From: Deltaproteobacteria bacterium
GTDB lineage: Bacteria > Desulfobacterota > Binatia > UTPRO1
DNA length: 64,000 bases
Reading direction: 5' to 3'
NCBI GenBank assembly: GCA_020852955.1
Contig: JADYZW010000035.1
Location: forward strand, 26,024-90,023
Translations under genes and position numbers: made by a program
Shown: piece after piece, positions 1 through 10,295 of the stretch
Numbering within the stretch: the first letter of the stretch is position 1
Layout of the letters: the number at the start of each line of letters is the position of its first letter
The notes under the pieces: generated by a model
What the model was told of the DNA's origin: nothing
Database searches by the model: none
Seen by the model: the letters and a program-made list of their open reading frames with translations, nothing else

Positions 1-25
1 AGGCCCGCGAGCCGGCCCGCTCGGC

Positions 26-1549
26 TCAGTGCGGCCCGAGGTTCGTCCAGACCGTCTTGATCTGGGTGTAGAGCTCGAGGGCGGCCTTGCCCATCTCGCG
101 GCCGAACCCGCTCTGCTTGTAGCCGCCGAACGGCGCGGCCGCGTCGAAGACGTTGTAGCAGTTGATCCACACCGTGCCGGCCTTGAGCGTCTGCGCGAGG
201 CGGTTCGCCTTCGCGATGTCCTTGGTCCACACGGCGGCGGCGAGGCCGTAGGTGGTGTCGTTGCCGGCCTTCGCGACCTCGTCCACGTTCTTGAACGGGA
301 TCGTGCAGACGACCGGCCCGAAGATCTCCTCCCGCAGGATCTTCGCGTCGGCCTTCACGTCGGTGAAGACCGTCGGCTCGACGAAGTAGCCTTTGGCGAG
401 GCTCTTCGGCCGCCCGCCGCCCGACGCGGCCTTGCCGCCGCCCTTCTTTCCGGAGTCCAGGAAGCCGGTGACGCGCTGGTACTGCTCCGACGAGACGAGC
501 GGACCCATCTCGGTCGCGAGGTCCATGCCCGGGCCGAGCTTGATCTTCTCGGAGTACTCGACGAGCTTCGGCATGACCGTGTCGTAGGCCTTCGCCTCGA
601 TGTAGAGCCGCGACCCGGCGCAGCAGCACTGGCCGTGATTGAAGAAGATCGCGTTCGCCGCGCCGATCGCGGCGCTGTCGAGGTCGGCATCGGCGAAGAT
701 GATGTTCGGCGACTTGCCGCCGAGCTCGAGAGAGACCCGCTTCAGGTTCCCCGACGCCGCCCGCATGATGATCTTGCCGACCTCGGTCGAGCCGGTGAAC
801 GCGATCTTGTCGACGTCGGGGTGCTCGGCGAGCGCGGCGCCGGCGGTCTCGCCGTAGCCGGTCACGATGTTGACGACTCCGGGCGGGATGCCGGCTTCGT
901 CGAGCAGCTCGCCGAGGCGGAGCGCCGAGAGCGGCGTCTGTTCGGCCGGCTTCAGGACTACCGTGTTGCCGCACGCGAGCGCGACGCCGAGCTTCCACGC
1001 GGCCATCAGGAGCGGGAAGTTCCAGGGGATGATCTGGCCGACGACGCCGACCGGCTCGCGCAGCGTGTACGTCAGCATCTGCTGCCCGGGGATCGAGACG
1101 GGAATCGTTTCGCCTTCGACCTTGGTCGCCCAACCGGCGTAGTAGCGGAAGTGGTCGACGACGAGGGGCACGTCGGCGGCGCGCGAAACCGCAAGCGGCT
1201 TCCCGTTGTCGAGGGTCTCGAGCTGCGCGAACTCCTCGCCGTGCCTCTCGACCAGGTCGGCGAGCTTCCAGATGGCGCGGCCGCGCTCGGACGCGGTCAT
1301 CCGTCGCCAGGGGCCGGTCTCGAAGGCCTTGCGCGCCGCCTTCACGGCGCGGTCGATGTCCTCTTTCTCCCCCGCCGGCACCTCGGCGAGCGGCTCCTCG
1401 GTCGCCGGGTCGTAGCTGGTGAGCGTCTTGCCCGACGCCGCCTCGACCCACTTCCCGTCGATCAACATCTTGCGCGTCCGCCCGCCGATGAAGTCCCGGA
1501 CGCCCGGGGCGACGGCGGGATACTCAGACTGTACTCTCGGTTGTGCCAT
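26..1549 (-). CDS. NAD-dependent aldehyde dehydrogenase
   Basis: [22 protein letters not shown], catalytic LELGGKSP and [17 protein letters not shown] (AAGGAG) upstream. Confidence 0.97.
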   Translation of the reverse strand: MAQPRVQSEYPAVAPGVRDFIGGRTRKMLIDGKWVEAASGKTLTSYDPATEEPLAEVPAGEKEDIDRAVKAARKAFETGPWRRMTASERGRAIWKLADLVERHGEEFAQLETLDNGKPLAVSRAADVPLVVDHFRYYAGWATKVEGETIPVSIPGQQMLTYTLREPVGVVGQIIPWNFPLLMAAWKLGVALACGNTVVLKPAEQTPLSALRLGELLDEAGIPPGVVNIVTGYGETAGAALAEHPDVDKIAFTGSTEVGKIIMRAASGNLKRVSLELGGKSPNIIFADADLDSAAIGAANAIFFNHGQCCCAGSRLYIEAKAYDTVMPKLVEYSEKIKLGPGMDLATEMGPLVSSEQYQRVTGFLDSGKKGGGKAASGGGRPKSLAKGYFVEPTVFTDVKADAKILREEIFGPVVCTIPFKNVDEVAKAGNDTTYGLAAAVWTKDIAKANRLAQTLKAGTVWINCYNVFDAAAPFGGYKQSGFGREMGKAALELYTQIKTVWTNLGPH

Positions 1550-1672
1550 TTCGTTCGCTCCTTTTCGTGCCGCGTTCGTGCTGCGCGGATAGGGAGATCG
1601 CGGGCGAATCTTAGTCGAGCCGCGCGCACACTTGCCACCGAAAAACGTCCGGCGCGGTGCCGGCCGGCCGCC

Positions 1673-2023
1673 TCAGCGTCCGGCGCGGGCGACCGAGAAC
1701 GCCGGCACGCAGATGGCCCAGTACTCGCACTCCCCCTCGAACGGATTCGCGTACGTGACCGTGGCGCCGCGCGGCACCGTGAGGCTGTCGCCGGGCGCGA
1801 GCTCGGTGCGGCCTCCGCCGTGCTCGACGACGAGGCGTCCGCGCACCATCACCGTCACCTCGTCGAACTGCGGCGTCTGCGGCGGTTCGGACCAGCCGGC
1901 GGGCGCGATCATGCGCGCCACGCTGAAGGCGTCGCGCGCGTCGGAGGCGAGCCCGCAGTGCTCGGCGATGATCTTGCCGCCCGGGACGGGGATTCGCACG
2001 GGCGTATTCTTTGCGATCGTCAT
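1673..2023 (-). CDS. cupin-domain protein (EutQ-like)
   Basis: 116 aa; EPPQTPQFDE..V.RG.L...L.PGD..VP.G cupin motifs; 3' end of a long track ORF. Confidence 0.8.
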   Translation of the reverse strand: MTIAKNTPVRIPVPGGKIIAEHCGLASDARDAFSVARMIAPAGWSEPPQTPQFDEVTVMVRGRLVVEHGGGRTELAPGDSLTVPRGATVTYANPFEGECEYWAICVPAFSVARAGR

Positions 2024-2134
2024 GCCCCCGGCGTAGCCCGGCCCGCGCCTAGCATGCAATGCGGCCGCCCGCGCCGGCCGCCGCCCCCTCTCCGACGCTC
2101 GACCCCGGCGGCGCGCTCGCGCTACAGAGGCGCC

Positions 2135-2992
2135 ATGCTCTCCCGCATCGATCGCGTGCAGGTCGCGGTCGCGGACCGGCGCACCGCGGCCCTCCCCTTC
2201 GTCCGCCTCCTCGACGCCGCCGTCGCCGGCGAGGACGCCGTGGCGCCCCTCGCCGCCCGCCGCACGACGCTCGCCGCCGGCCGCGCCGTGGTCGAGCTGC
2301 TCGAGCCCGACGGCGCGGGCCCCGTCGCCGACCATCTCGCGACCGCCGGCCCGGGCCTCTTCGCGGCGGGCGTCGCGACCCACGACCTCGACGCGCTCCG
2401 CCACCGCTTCATCGACCGGCGCGTCGACTTCGCGGACACCGACCGCCAGGTCTTCCTCGCGCCCGCCGCGACCGGCATCGCGGGGCTGCGCTGCGTGGTG
2501 TCGGCGCTGCGCGACGCGCCGGCCGCGCCGGGCCTCGTCTCGCACCTCTACGAGGCCACGCTCCTGGTCGCCGAGTGGGAGGCCGCCGCCTGCCGCGTGG
2601 CCGAGCTCTTCGCTCTTGCGCCGGAGCGCTTCTGTCCGATCACTAGCGAAGAGTACGGCTATCGCGGCACGCTCACCATGTTCGACCCGCGCGATCGCCT
2701 CGATCGGATCGAGGTGATCACGCCCTACGACCGCGGCAAGACGATGGGCCGCTTCATGACCAAGCGCGGCCCGAGCCTCTACATGTGCTTCGCCGAGGCG
2801 CCCGATCTCGCGCTCGTCCGGGCGCGCCTGCGGGAACACGCGCCGCGGGACTGGACCGGCTCGGCCGACGCCCCGGCTCCCGACACGCTCTTCATCCACC
2901 CGAAGGCGCTCGGCGGCCTCATGATGGGAGTGAGCCGGACCAGTGTCGGCTGGACCTGGTCGGGCCACCCCGAGCGGGTCGTCCCGGGCTGA
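2135..2992 (+). CDS. VOC/glyoxalase family protein (two VOC-like halves)
   Basis: RIDRVQVAVAD, VELLEPDGAGPVA..L...GPGLF; second half IEVITP..GRFMTKRGPSLY, FIHPKALGG. Confidence 0.8.
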   Translation: MLSRIDRVQVAVADRRTAALPFVRLLDAAVAGEDAVAPLAARRTTLAAGRAVVELLEPDGAGPVADHLATAGPGLFAAGVATHDLDALRHRFIDRRVDFADTDRQVFLAPAATGIAGLRCVVSALRDAPAAPGLVSHLYEATLLVAEWEAAACRVAELFALAPERFCPITSEEYGYRGTLTMFDPRDRLDRIEVITPYDRGKTMGRFMTKRGPSLYMCFAEAPDLALVRARLREHAPRDWTGSADAPAPDTLFIHPKALGGLMMGVSRTSVGWTWSGHPERVVPG

Positions 2993-3098
2993 CACGACGA
3001 GGCGCCCGGTGTGCCGTCGTGGCACGACGGCCGTGCCACCGGCGCGCACCGGGTCGGACGCGGCACGCGCAAGCGCCCGCGGGGCCGAGCGAACGCGC

Positions 3099-3114
3099 TG
3101 GCCCCCGCCTTGCT
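3099..3114 (+). promoter_or_regulatory. putative sigma54 (-24/-12) promoter
   Basis: TGGCCCCCGCCTTGCT: GG(3100-3101)-N10-GC(3112-3113), about 30 nt before ATG 3146. Confidence 0.6.
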
Positions 3115-3145
3115 CTCCTCGCCCACGATGCCCGGAGGTCGCGCC

Positions 3146-4180
3146 ATGCCGAACGCCCACGCCCATCCCGCCCCCGACACCGCCGCCCGGCTGTCGGCCG
3201 CCGCCTTCCTCGCGGCGGCCGTCGCCGCGACCGCGCTCACGGCGCTGGTGGCCGTCGGTGCGCGGAGCTGGATCGACCGGCCCTTCGCCGGCTTCTTCCT
3301 GCGCGCCGACCGGACGATCGCGGCGGTCGGGCGGAGCGCCTGGGGTGGCGTCGCCGCCCGCGACCTCTACGACCGGACGCTCCTCGCGATCGACGGCTTC
3401 CGGATCGACGACGCCGACGCGCTCCACCGCCGCGTCGGCGCCAAGCCGATCGGCAGCCCGCTCACCTATACCGTGACCGACGGCATCACGGTCGAGACCG
3501 TGACCGTCCGCTCGCGCCGCTTCTCGACGACCGACTACTGGGCGGTCTTCGGCGCCTACGCCGCCGGCGGTCTCTGCTGGACGCTCCTCGCCATCGCCGC
3601 CGCCTGGGCGCTCCCGCGCGGGCGCATCGGGCGGGCCCTCGTCGTGCTCGGCGGGATCGGCGGCATCTCCATGCTGACGGCGGCCGACCTCTATCCGCCG
3701 GCCGGATCGCTCCGCCTGCACGTGCTCGCGGCGGCGCTCCTTCCCGCGGCGCTTCTCCAGTTCGCGCTCGTGGTCGGCGACGCGCGCGGCCGCTTCGCCG
3801 CCGTCGCGCTGCCGGTCGTGTGGACCGCCGCGCTCGCATCCGCCGCGTCGATGCAGCTCGCGATCGGCGATCCGGCCGCGACCCGCATGACGCACGCGAC
3901 CTGCGATGCCGCCCTCGGGCTCGCGCTCGCCTCCGCGACGATCGCCCTCGCGGCCCGCGTCCGCCCCGCGCCCGGCATGTCGCTCCGCGCCGGCACCGCG
4001 CTCCTCGGCCTCGGCGCGCCCGCGGCCGTCTTCCTGCTCGCGGGCATCGGCGGCGGCGTGCCGCACAACGCCAGCGCCACGCTCGCGTTCCTCTTTCCCC
4101 TCGGCATGAGCGTCGCGCTCGGCCGCGGCGCGCCGATTTTCGCGGCGGAGTTCGTTGCGCACGATCCTCGATCACTCTAG
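3146..4180 (+). CDS. membrane protein: degenerate PDZ-like extracytoplasmic domain plus multiple TM helices, no cytoplasmic output domain
   Basis: GGAGG SD; TM1, then LLAIDG..I.....L segment, then about 6-7 hydrophobic helices; ends right after the last helix. Confidence 0.65.
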   Translation: MPNAHAHPAPDTAARLSAAAFLAAAVAATALTALVAVGARSWIDRPFAGFFLRADRTIAAVGRSAWGGVAARDLYDRTLLAIDGFRIDDADALHRRVGAKPIGSPLTYTVTDGITVETVTVRSRRFSTTDYWAVFGAYAAGGLCWTLLAIAAAWALPRGRIGRALVVLGGIGGISMLTAADLYPPAGSLRLHVLAAALLPAALLQFALVVGDARGRFAAVALPVVWTAALASAASMQLAIGDPAATRMTHATCDAALGLALASATIALAARVRPAPGMSLRAGTALLGLGAPAAVFLLAGIGGGVPHNASATLAFLFPLGMSVALGRGAPIFAAEFVAHDPRSL

Positions 4181-4191
4181 GGTCCGACGCC

Positions 4192-6309
4192 ATGTCCGCT
4201 ATCGTCCCTCCGCTCTTCCGCGAGCTCCGCGGCCTCGCCGACAACTACTGGTGGAGCTGGCAGCTCGACGGACCCGAGGTCTTCCGCGACATCTCGCGCA
4301 GCCTGTGGGAGACCTGCGGACACAATCCGAAGAAGCTGCTCGCCGAGACCCTCGCGACCCGCCGCACCGAGCTCGACATCGACCCGCACTACCGCGCCCG
4401 AGCGCAGGATCTGATCGCGCGCTTCCGCGCCGCCATGCAGCCGCCGCCCGCGCCGCCCCCCGGGATCGACCCGCGCGTGAGCGCCGCGCACCCGATCGCC
4501 TACTTTTCGGCGGAGTTCGCGATCCACGAGTCGCTGCCGATCTACGCGGGCGGCCTCGGGGTGCTCGCGGGCGACCACCTGAAATCGGCCTCCGACGTCG
4601 GCCTCCCGCTCGTCGGCGTCGGCCTCCTGTACCGCCAGGGCTATTTCCTCCAGGACATGGACCGCTCCAACTGGCAGAGCGAGCGATACGTCGACCTCGA
4701 CGTCCCGTCCATGCCGATCGAGCGCGTCATGTCTCCGGACGGACGCCCGCTCTCGGTCACGGTGATCATCCATCGCCGTCCGGTGCACGTCAGCATCTGG
4801 CGCGTGTGGGTCGGCCGGGTCCCGCTCTACCTGCTCGACACCAACCGGGAGGACAACGAGGAGCGCGATCGCTGGATCACCGGCCATCTCTATGGCGGCA
4901 ACCAGGACACGCGGCTCGTGCAGGAGATGACGCTCGGCTTCGGCGGCGTCCGGGCGCTGCGCGCGATCGGCCTCACGCCGAGCGTGTTTCACATGAACGA
5001 GGGCCACTCGGCGTTCCTCACGCTCGAGCTGCTGCGCGAGGGGCTCGCGCAGGGCGCCCCGCTCGAGGAGGCCACGAAGGCCGTGAAGGCGCAGTGCGTG
5101 TTCACGACCCACACGCCGGTCACCGCCGGGCACGACGTCTTCGGCGTCGAGTTCATGGACACCCATCTCGCCGCGTACTGGAACGAGCTCGGCCTCACCC
5201 GCGACCAGTTCTTCGCCTTCGGACGGCGCCGGCCGGACGACCACTGGGAGCCGTTCGGCATGACGCCGCTCGCGATGCGCTTCGCGCGCTCGGTAAACGG
5301 CGTGAGCCGCAGGCACGGCGAGGTGTGCCGCGAGATGTTCCGCGACTTCTCGCCCGAACGCGAGCCCGCCGCGGTGCCGATCCGCCACGTGACCAACGGC
5401 ATCCACGTTCCGACCTGGGCCGCGCCCGTCGCGCGCTCCCTGCTCGCGCACTATCTCGGCGCGGGGTGGGAGGCCCGGCTCGGCGACCCCGGCACCATCG
5501 CGCGCATCGACGACGTCCCCGACGCCGAGCTCTGGGAGATGCGCAACCAGCTGCGCCGCTATCTCGTCGCCGCGGTCCGGGCGCGCGCCCACGAAAGCCG
5601 CACCCGCAACGGCGAAGACCCGGACTTCATCGCCGCCGCCGACCACCTGCTCGACCCCGACGTCCTGACGATCGGCTTCGCGCGCCGCATGGCGACGTAC
5701 AAGCGCATGAGCCTCATCATCCACGACCAGGAGCGCACCGCGCGCCTCCTCACCGATGACGAGCGCCCCGTCCAGTTCGTGCTCGCCGGCAAGGCGCATC
5801 CGTTCGACAACGAGGCCAAGCGCAACTTCCAGGAGCTCGCGCGCTGGAAGCGGCCGATCGAGCACCTCGGCCGCATCGTCTACCTCGAAAACTACGACGT
5901 CTCGCTCGCGCGCTTCCTCGTCCAGGGCTGCGACGTGTGGCTGAACCTCCCGCGCCGGCCGCTCGAGGCGAGCGGGACGAGCGGCCAGAAGGTGATCGCC
6001 AACGGCGGCCTGAATTGCAGCATCCTCGACGGCTGGTGGTGCGAAGGCTTCGCGGACGGCAACGGCTGGGCGATCGGCGCCGAGCTCGACGACGGCAACG
6101 CCGACGCGCAGGACGACGCCGATGCCGAGGCGCTCTATCGGGTGCTCGAGAACGAGGTCGTCCCGCTCTTCTACGAGCGCGACGAGCGCGGCATCCCCGC
6201 CGGCTGGCTCGCGCGCGTGCGCGCGTCGATGCGATCGCTGCTGCCGACCTTCAACACCGACCGCATGGTGCTCCAGTACGCCCGCGAGGTGTACGGCCCG
6301 CCGGCCTGA
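4192..6309 (+). CDS. glgP: alpha-glucan (glycogen/maltodextrin) phosphorylase
   Basis: YFSAEF, YAGGLGVLAGDHLKSASD, HMNEGH, FTTHTPV, GFARRMATYKR, PLP-site EASGTSGQK. Confidence 0.96.
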   Translation: MSAIVPPLFRELRGLADNYWWSWQLDGPEVFRDISRSLWETCGHNPKKLLAETLATRRTELDIDPHYRARAQDLIARFRAAMQPPPAPPPGIDPRVSAAHPIAYFSAEFAIHESLPIYAGGLGVLAGDHLKSASDVGLPLVGVGLLYRQGYFLQDMDRSNWQSERYVDLDVPSMPIERVMSPDGRPLSVTVIIHRRPVHVSIWRVWVGRVPLYLLDTNREDNEERDRWITGHLYGGNQDTRLVQEMTLGFGGVRALRAIGLTPSVFHMNEGHSAFLTLELLREGLAQGAPLEEATKAVKAQCVFTTHTPVTAGHDVFGVEFMDTHLAAYWNELGLTRDQFFAFGRRRPDDHWEPFGMTPLAMRFARSVNGVSRRHGEVCREMFRDFSPEREPAAVPIRHVTNGIHVPTWAAPVARSLLAHYLGAGWEARLGDPGTIARIDDVPDAELWEMRNQLRRYLVAAVRARAHESRTRNGEDPDFIAAADHLLDPDVLTIGFARRMATYKRMSLIIHDQERTARLLTDDERPVQFVLAGKAHPFDNEAKRNFQELARWKRPIEHLGRIVYLENYDVSLARFLVQGCDVWLNLPRRPLEASGTSGQKVIANGGLNCSILDGWWCEGFADGNGWAIGAELDDGNADAQDDADAEALYRVLENEVVPLFYERDERGIPAGWLARVRASMRSLLPTFNTDRMVLQYAREVYGPPA

Positions 6310-6423
6310 GCGCCGGCGCGTTGCATGCCAGGGCGCACGCGTTCTGCCGTCGGATCTCCGTCGGCGGAAAGACGTTGTGCCGCACCCCTCCAACCGATAG
6401 ATCTTTCGGCCGGAGGATCGTTC

Positions 6424-8262
6424 ATGCACTGCCGTCTGCGCTCCCTCGCCCTAGGCATCGCCGCGCTCGCCGCGTCCACCGTCATCGCCGCCGATCATCC
6501 CGTCGGCGGCGACTACCTCTTGATGAAGGACCCCGCGGGGAAGCCCAGCAAGCGCTCGGTGAGCTTCAAGGCGCTGAAGGACCTCGCCATCGACCCGAGC
6601 CAGGCGGGCGACCCACGCACGCTCGGCGCGACGATCCAGTTCACCGGCGGCGGCGGCGGCGACGGCGCCACCGGCCCGATCGCGCTGGCGCCCGGCCTCT
6701 GGAAGGGTCTCGGCAATCCTCCCGGCAGCAAGGGCTACAAGTACTTCGACAAGACGCGCGCGACGGGCGTGAAGCAGGTGCTCTTCAAGCCCGGCAGCAA
6801 GGGCGGGCAGCTGCAAGTGACCGGCGGCGGGGTCGGCTGGCCCTACGCGATCACGCAACCGCAGACCGCGGTCGCGGTGCGGTTCCAGCTCGGCGGCGAA
6901 ACCTATTGCGGCAACTTCACCTCCTTCACCAAGAACGAGGCCGGGCGCGTGCAGGCGAAGAACGCCGTCGCGCCCGCGAACTGCACGCCACCCGTCTGCG
7001 GCGACGGCATCGCGACGGGCACCGAGGAGTGTGACGACGGCGGCACGACCAGCGGCGACGGCTGCTCGGCGAGCTGCCAGCTCGAGAACACCTCGGCGCT
7101 CTGCGCCGGCGTGCCTGCCACGGGCGGCACCGACATCCACTCCGTGCGCGTCGCTTCGGGGCTGCAGGCGCCGGTCTTCGTGACCGCGCCGCCGCTCGAT
7201 CCGAATCGCATCTTCGTGATCGAGCAGGCCGGACGCATCCGCATCGTCAAGAACGGCGTCCTCCTCCCGACCCCGTTCCTCGACGTCGACGGAATCGCCA
7301 ACGGGGGCCCGGGCAGCGAGCAAGGCCTCCTCGGTCTGGCCTTCCACCCGGACTACGAACAGAACGGTCGCTTCTTCGTCAGCTACACGCGCAGCGGCGG
7401 CGGCCCCGCCGGCCACAGCGAGATCGCCGAGTACACGGTGAGCGGCAACCCCGACGTCGCGAACCCGACGGGCACGGTCATCCTGACCGGCGCCGACGAT
7501 CCGTACGGCAACCACAACGGCGGCATGATCGCCTTCGGTCCCGACGGTTTCCTCTACTACGGGATGGGCGACAGCGGCAGTGGCGACGACCCGGGCGACG
7601 ATGCACAGGACGACGCCAGCTTCTTCGGCAAGATGTACCGCATCGACGTCGACAACCCGCCGGCGAACCCGCTCGACGACGTGTTCGCCAAGGGCCTCCG
7701 CAACCCGTGGCGCTTCAGCTTCGACCGCTCGACCGGCGACCTCTACATCGGCGACGTCGGGCAGAACGCGTTCGAGGAGATCGACGTCCAGGAAGCCCCG
7801 CTCGCGGCGGGCGTGAACTGGGGCTGGGATTTCTTCGAGGGGCGCCATTGTCACGTCGAGTCCGGCGATCCCGCCTGCCCGCCCGGCGCTGCCGGCACCA
7901 CGATGCCCGCGCTCGAGTACTGCCACGGGCTCGGCAACGACCCGTCCACGTGCGGCGCGCACGCCTTCGGCAACTCGGTGACCGGCGGCTACGTCTACCG
8001 CGGCTGCGCCATGTCCGGCATGCAGGGCGTCTACTTCTACGGCGACTTCGGCTCGGCCTTCATCAACACCTTCCAGGGCGTGAGCGGCGGCGACGCGCAG
8101 AACGTCCAGAACCGCACGGGCGACCTCGATCCGTCCACGGGCGGCTTCTCGATCGGCGGCATCTCGTCCTTCGGCGAGGACGCCCGCGGCGAGATCTACA
8201 TCGCCGACTACGGCTCGGGCGGGTTCGACGGGGAGATCTTCAAGATCGTCCCGGGCCCGTAG
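6424..8262 (+). CDS. secreted PQQ-dependent sugar dehydrogenase (GSDH family) with N-terminal accessory domain and Cys-rich DUF4215-type repeat
   Basis: signal peptide; CGDG..EECDDG..GDGCS..C; EQGLLGLAFHP, NHNGG..FGPDG.LY, GLRNPWR.SFD, DVGQ..EEID. Confidence 0.88.
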   Translation: MHCRLRSLALGIAALAASTVIAADHPVGGDYLLMKDPAGKPSKRSVSFKALKDLAIDPSQAGDPRTLGATIQFTGGGGGDGATGPIALAPGLWKGLGNPPGSKGYKYFDKTRATGVKQVLFKPGSKGGQLQVTGGGVGWPYAITQPQTAVAVRFQLGGETYCGNFTSFTKNEAGRVQAKNAVAPANCTPPVCGDGIATGTEECDDGGTTSGDGCSASCQLENTSALCAGVPATGGTDIHSVRVASGLQAPVFVTAPPLDPNRIFVIEQAGRIRIVKNGVLLPTPFLDVDGIANGGPGSEQGLLGLAFHPDYEQNGRFFVSYTRSGGGPAGHSEIAEYTVSGNPDVANPTGTVILTGADDPYGNHNGGMIAFGPDGFLYYGMGDSGSGDDPGDDAQDDASFFGKMYRIDVDNPPANPLDDVFAKGLRNPWRFSFDRSTGDLYIGDVGQNAFEEIDVQEAPLAAGVNWGWDFFEGRHCHVESGDPACPPGAAGTTMPALEYCHGLGNDPSTCGAHAFGNSVTGGYVYRGCAMSGMQGVYFYGDFGSAFINTFQGVSGGDAQNVQNRTGDLDPSTGGFSIGGISSFGEDARGEIYIADYGSGGFDGEIFKIVPGP

Positions 8263-10225
8263 CGTCGGTTCGACTTCCGCTCGGACCGGGCGCGGCGCCG
8301 ACCTGCGTCGACGCGTCGCGCGTCGCGTCGGCGAGCGCCGCGGCGAGCTCCTCGCCGTCGAGCGTTTCCTTCTCGCGCAGGCGCACCGCCAGGCGCTCGA
8401 GGCCGTCGCGGTGGCTCCGCAGGAGGTCACCGGCGCGCTCATGGGCGCGACGGACGAACGCGGTCACCTCGCCGTCGAGGAGCTCCGCCGTCGCCTCGCT
8501 CACGGGGATGCCGCGGCCGCCGAAGGCGTCGTTCGGCATGAGGTAGCGGCCGCCGCCGGGCGCGAGGTAGCTCACCGGACCGAGGCGCTCGCTCATGCCG
8601 AGCTCGTAGGCCATGTGGCGCGCGATCTGCGACGCGCGCTCGATGTCGTTGTGCGCGCCGGTCGTGACCTGCCCGAACACCAGCTCCTCGGCGGCGCGGC
8701 CTCCCAGCAGTACCGCCAGGCGGTCCTCGAGCTCGGGCTTGCTCTGCAGAACCTTGTCCTCGAGCGGCAGCTGCATCGTGAAGCCGAGCGCGCCCATGGA
8801 GCGCGGGATGATCGTGATCTTGTGGACCGGATCGGCGTGCGCCACGAGCGCGGCGACGAGGGCGTGGCCGGCCTCGTGGTGCGCGACGACGTTCTTCTCC
8901 TGCGGCGAGAGCACGCGGCTTCGCCGTTCGATCCCCGCCGTCAGCCGATCGGCGGCCTCCTCGAAATCCGCCATCTCGACCTGCGCATGGTCGTGGCGCG
9001 CCGCCAGCAGCGCCGCCTCGTTGACGAGGTTCGCGAGATCGGCGCCGGAAAAGCCGGGCGTGCGCGCGGCGACGCGCTGCACGTCGAGGCCGGGCGCGTA
9101 GCGGATCTTCTTCAGGTGCACCTCCAGGATCTTCACCCGCCCGCGCACGTCGGGGAGCTCGACGACGATGCGCCGGTCGAAGCGCCCCGCGCGCAGGAGC
9201 GCCGGATCGAGCACCTCGGGACGGTTGGTGGCGGCGAGCAGCACCACGCCCTTCGAGGTGTCGAAGCCATCCATCTCGACCAGCAGCTGGTTCAGCGTCT
9301 GCTCCTGCTCGTCGTGGCGGCCGAAGCCCGCGGGACCGCCGCTCCGCGACTTCCCGACGGCGTCGAGCTCGTCGATGAAGATGATGCACGGCGCCTTGGT
9401 CTTGGCCTGCTCGAAGAGATCGCGCACGCGCGCAGCGCCGACGCCCACGAACATCTCGACGAACTCCGAGCCGCTGATCGAGAAGAACGGCACGCCCGCC
9501 TCGCCCGCGATCGCGCGCGCGAGCAGCGTCTTGCCGGTGCCCGGTGGACCGACCAGCAGCACGCCCTTCGGGATCTGCCCGCCGAGCCGCTGATAGCGCT
9601 CGGGCGTTTTCAGGAACCGCACCACCTCGAGGAGCTCGCTCTTGGCCTCCTCGATGCCCGCGACGTCGTCGAACCGGACCTTGATGTCCTGCTCGCTGTA
9701 GATGCGGGCGCGGTTCTTCCCGATCGTGAGCGCCTGGCCGATCCCACCCTGCATCATGCGCCGCGACACGAATCCCCAGATCAGCATCATGACGCCGATC
9801 GGCAGGATCCACCCGAGCAGCACGTCGCGCCAGAACGTGCTCTCGATGCGGCCCGCGAACACCACGTCCTTGCGGATCAGCTCCTCGAGGAGCGTCTTGT
9901 CGTCGACGCCGGGGATGCGCGTCACCTCGAAGAGGCGCTCGGGCTCCGCACCCGCCCAGCGCGCCGCGAGCGGCTGATTCTGCTTGATCGCCTTCTGCTC
10001 GTCCTCCTTGAGCGCAGCGCCGGGCTTCACGAGGAGCTGGATGCGATCGGCCCCGATCAACGCCTCCGCGATCTGCCCCTGGTCCAGGAGCTCGTGGAAG
10101 CGGTTGTAGGTCTGGGCGACCGGCCGCGGCCGCAACAGGAGCCCCTGCAGGATGAACAGCACCGCGACCGCCATCGCGACGTAGGTGAACGAGAACTGCA
10201 CCTGCTTCTTCGGGACGCGCGGCAT
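8240..10225 (-). CDS. ftsH: ATP-dependent zinc metalloprotease FtsH
   Basis: 2 TM; Walker A GPPGTGKT, Walker [35 protein letters not shown]. Confidence 0.97.
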   Translation of the reverse strand: MPRVPKKQVQFSFTYVAMAVAVLFILQGLLLRPRPVAQTYNRFHELLDQGQIAEALIGADRIQLLVKPGAALKEDEQKAIKQNQPLAARWAGAEPERLFEVTRIPGVDDKTLLEELIRKDVVFAGRIESTFWRDVLLGWILPIGVMMLIWGFVSRRMMQGGIGQALTIGKNRARIYSEQDIKVRFDDVAGIEEAKSELLEVVRFLKTPERYQRLGGQIPKGVLLVGPPGTGKTLLARAIAGEAGVPFFSISGSEFVEMFVGVGAARVRDLFEQAKTKAPCIIFIDELDAVGKSRSGGPAGFGRHDEQEQTLNQLLVEMDGFDTSKGVVLLAATNRPEVLDPALLRAGRFDRRIVVELPDVRGRVKILEVHLKKIRYAPGLDVQRVAARTPGFSGADLANLVNEAALLAARHDHAQVEMADFEEAADRLTAGIERRSRVLSPQEKNVVAHHEAGHALVAALVAHADPVHKITIIPRSMGALGFTMQLPLEDKVLQSKPELEDRLAVLLGGRAAEELVFGQVTTGAHNDIERASQIARHMAYELGMSERLGPVSYLAPGGGRYLMPNDAFGGRGIPVSEATAELLDGEVTAFVRRAHERAGDLLRSHRDGLERLAVRLREKETLDGEELAAALADATRDASTQVGAAPGPSGSRTDATGPGRS

Positions 10226-10295
10226 GTGGGGTCGAGTGTGCGCACGACGCCCGCCGGGCGCAAGGGGGCGCGACGCGCGGATCCTCGGCGATGCC

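Noticed and set aside
2785..4191. Apparent long N-terminal fusions in the ORF track (glgP, VOC, cyclase, deacetylase, Prx, VAT-1)
   Set aside because: The extensions are off-frame readings of neighbouring genes; internal starts give normal-length proteins.
8240..8262. 23-nt convergent overlap between ftsH and the GSDH gene
   Set aside because: Short tail-to-tail overlaps are common in GC-rich genomes; no sign of function.
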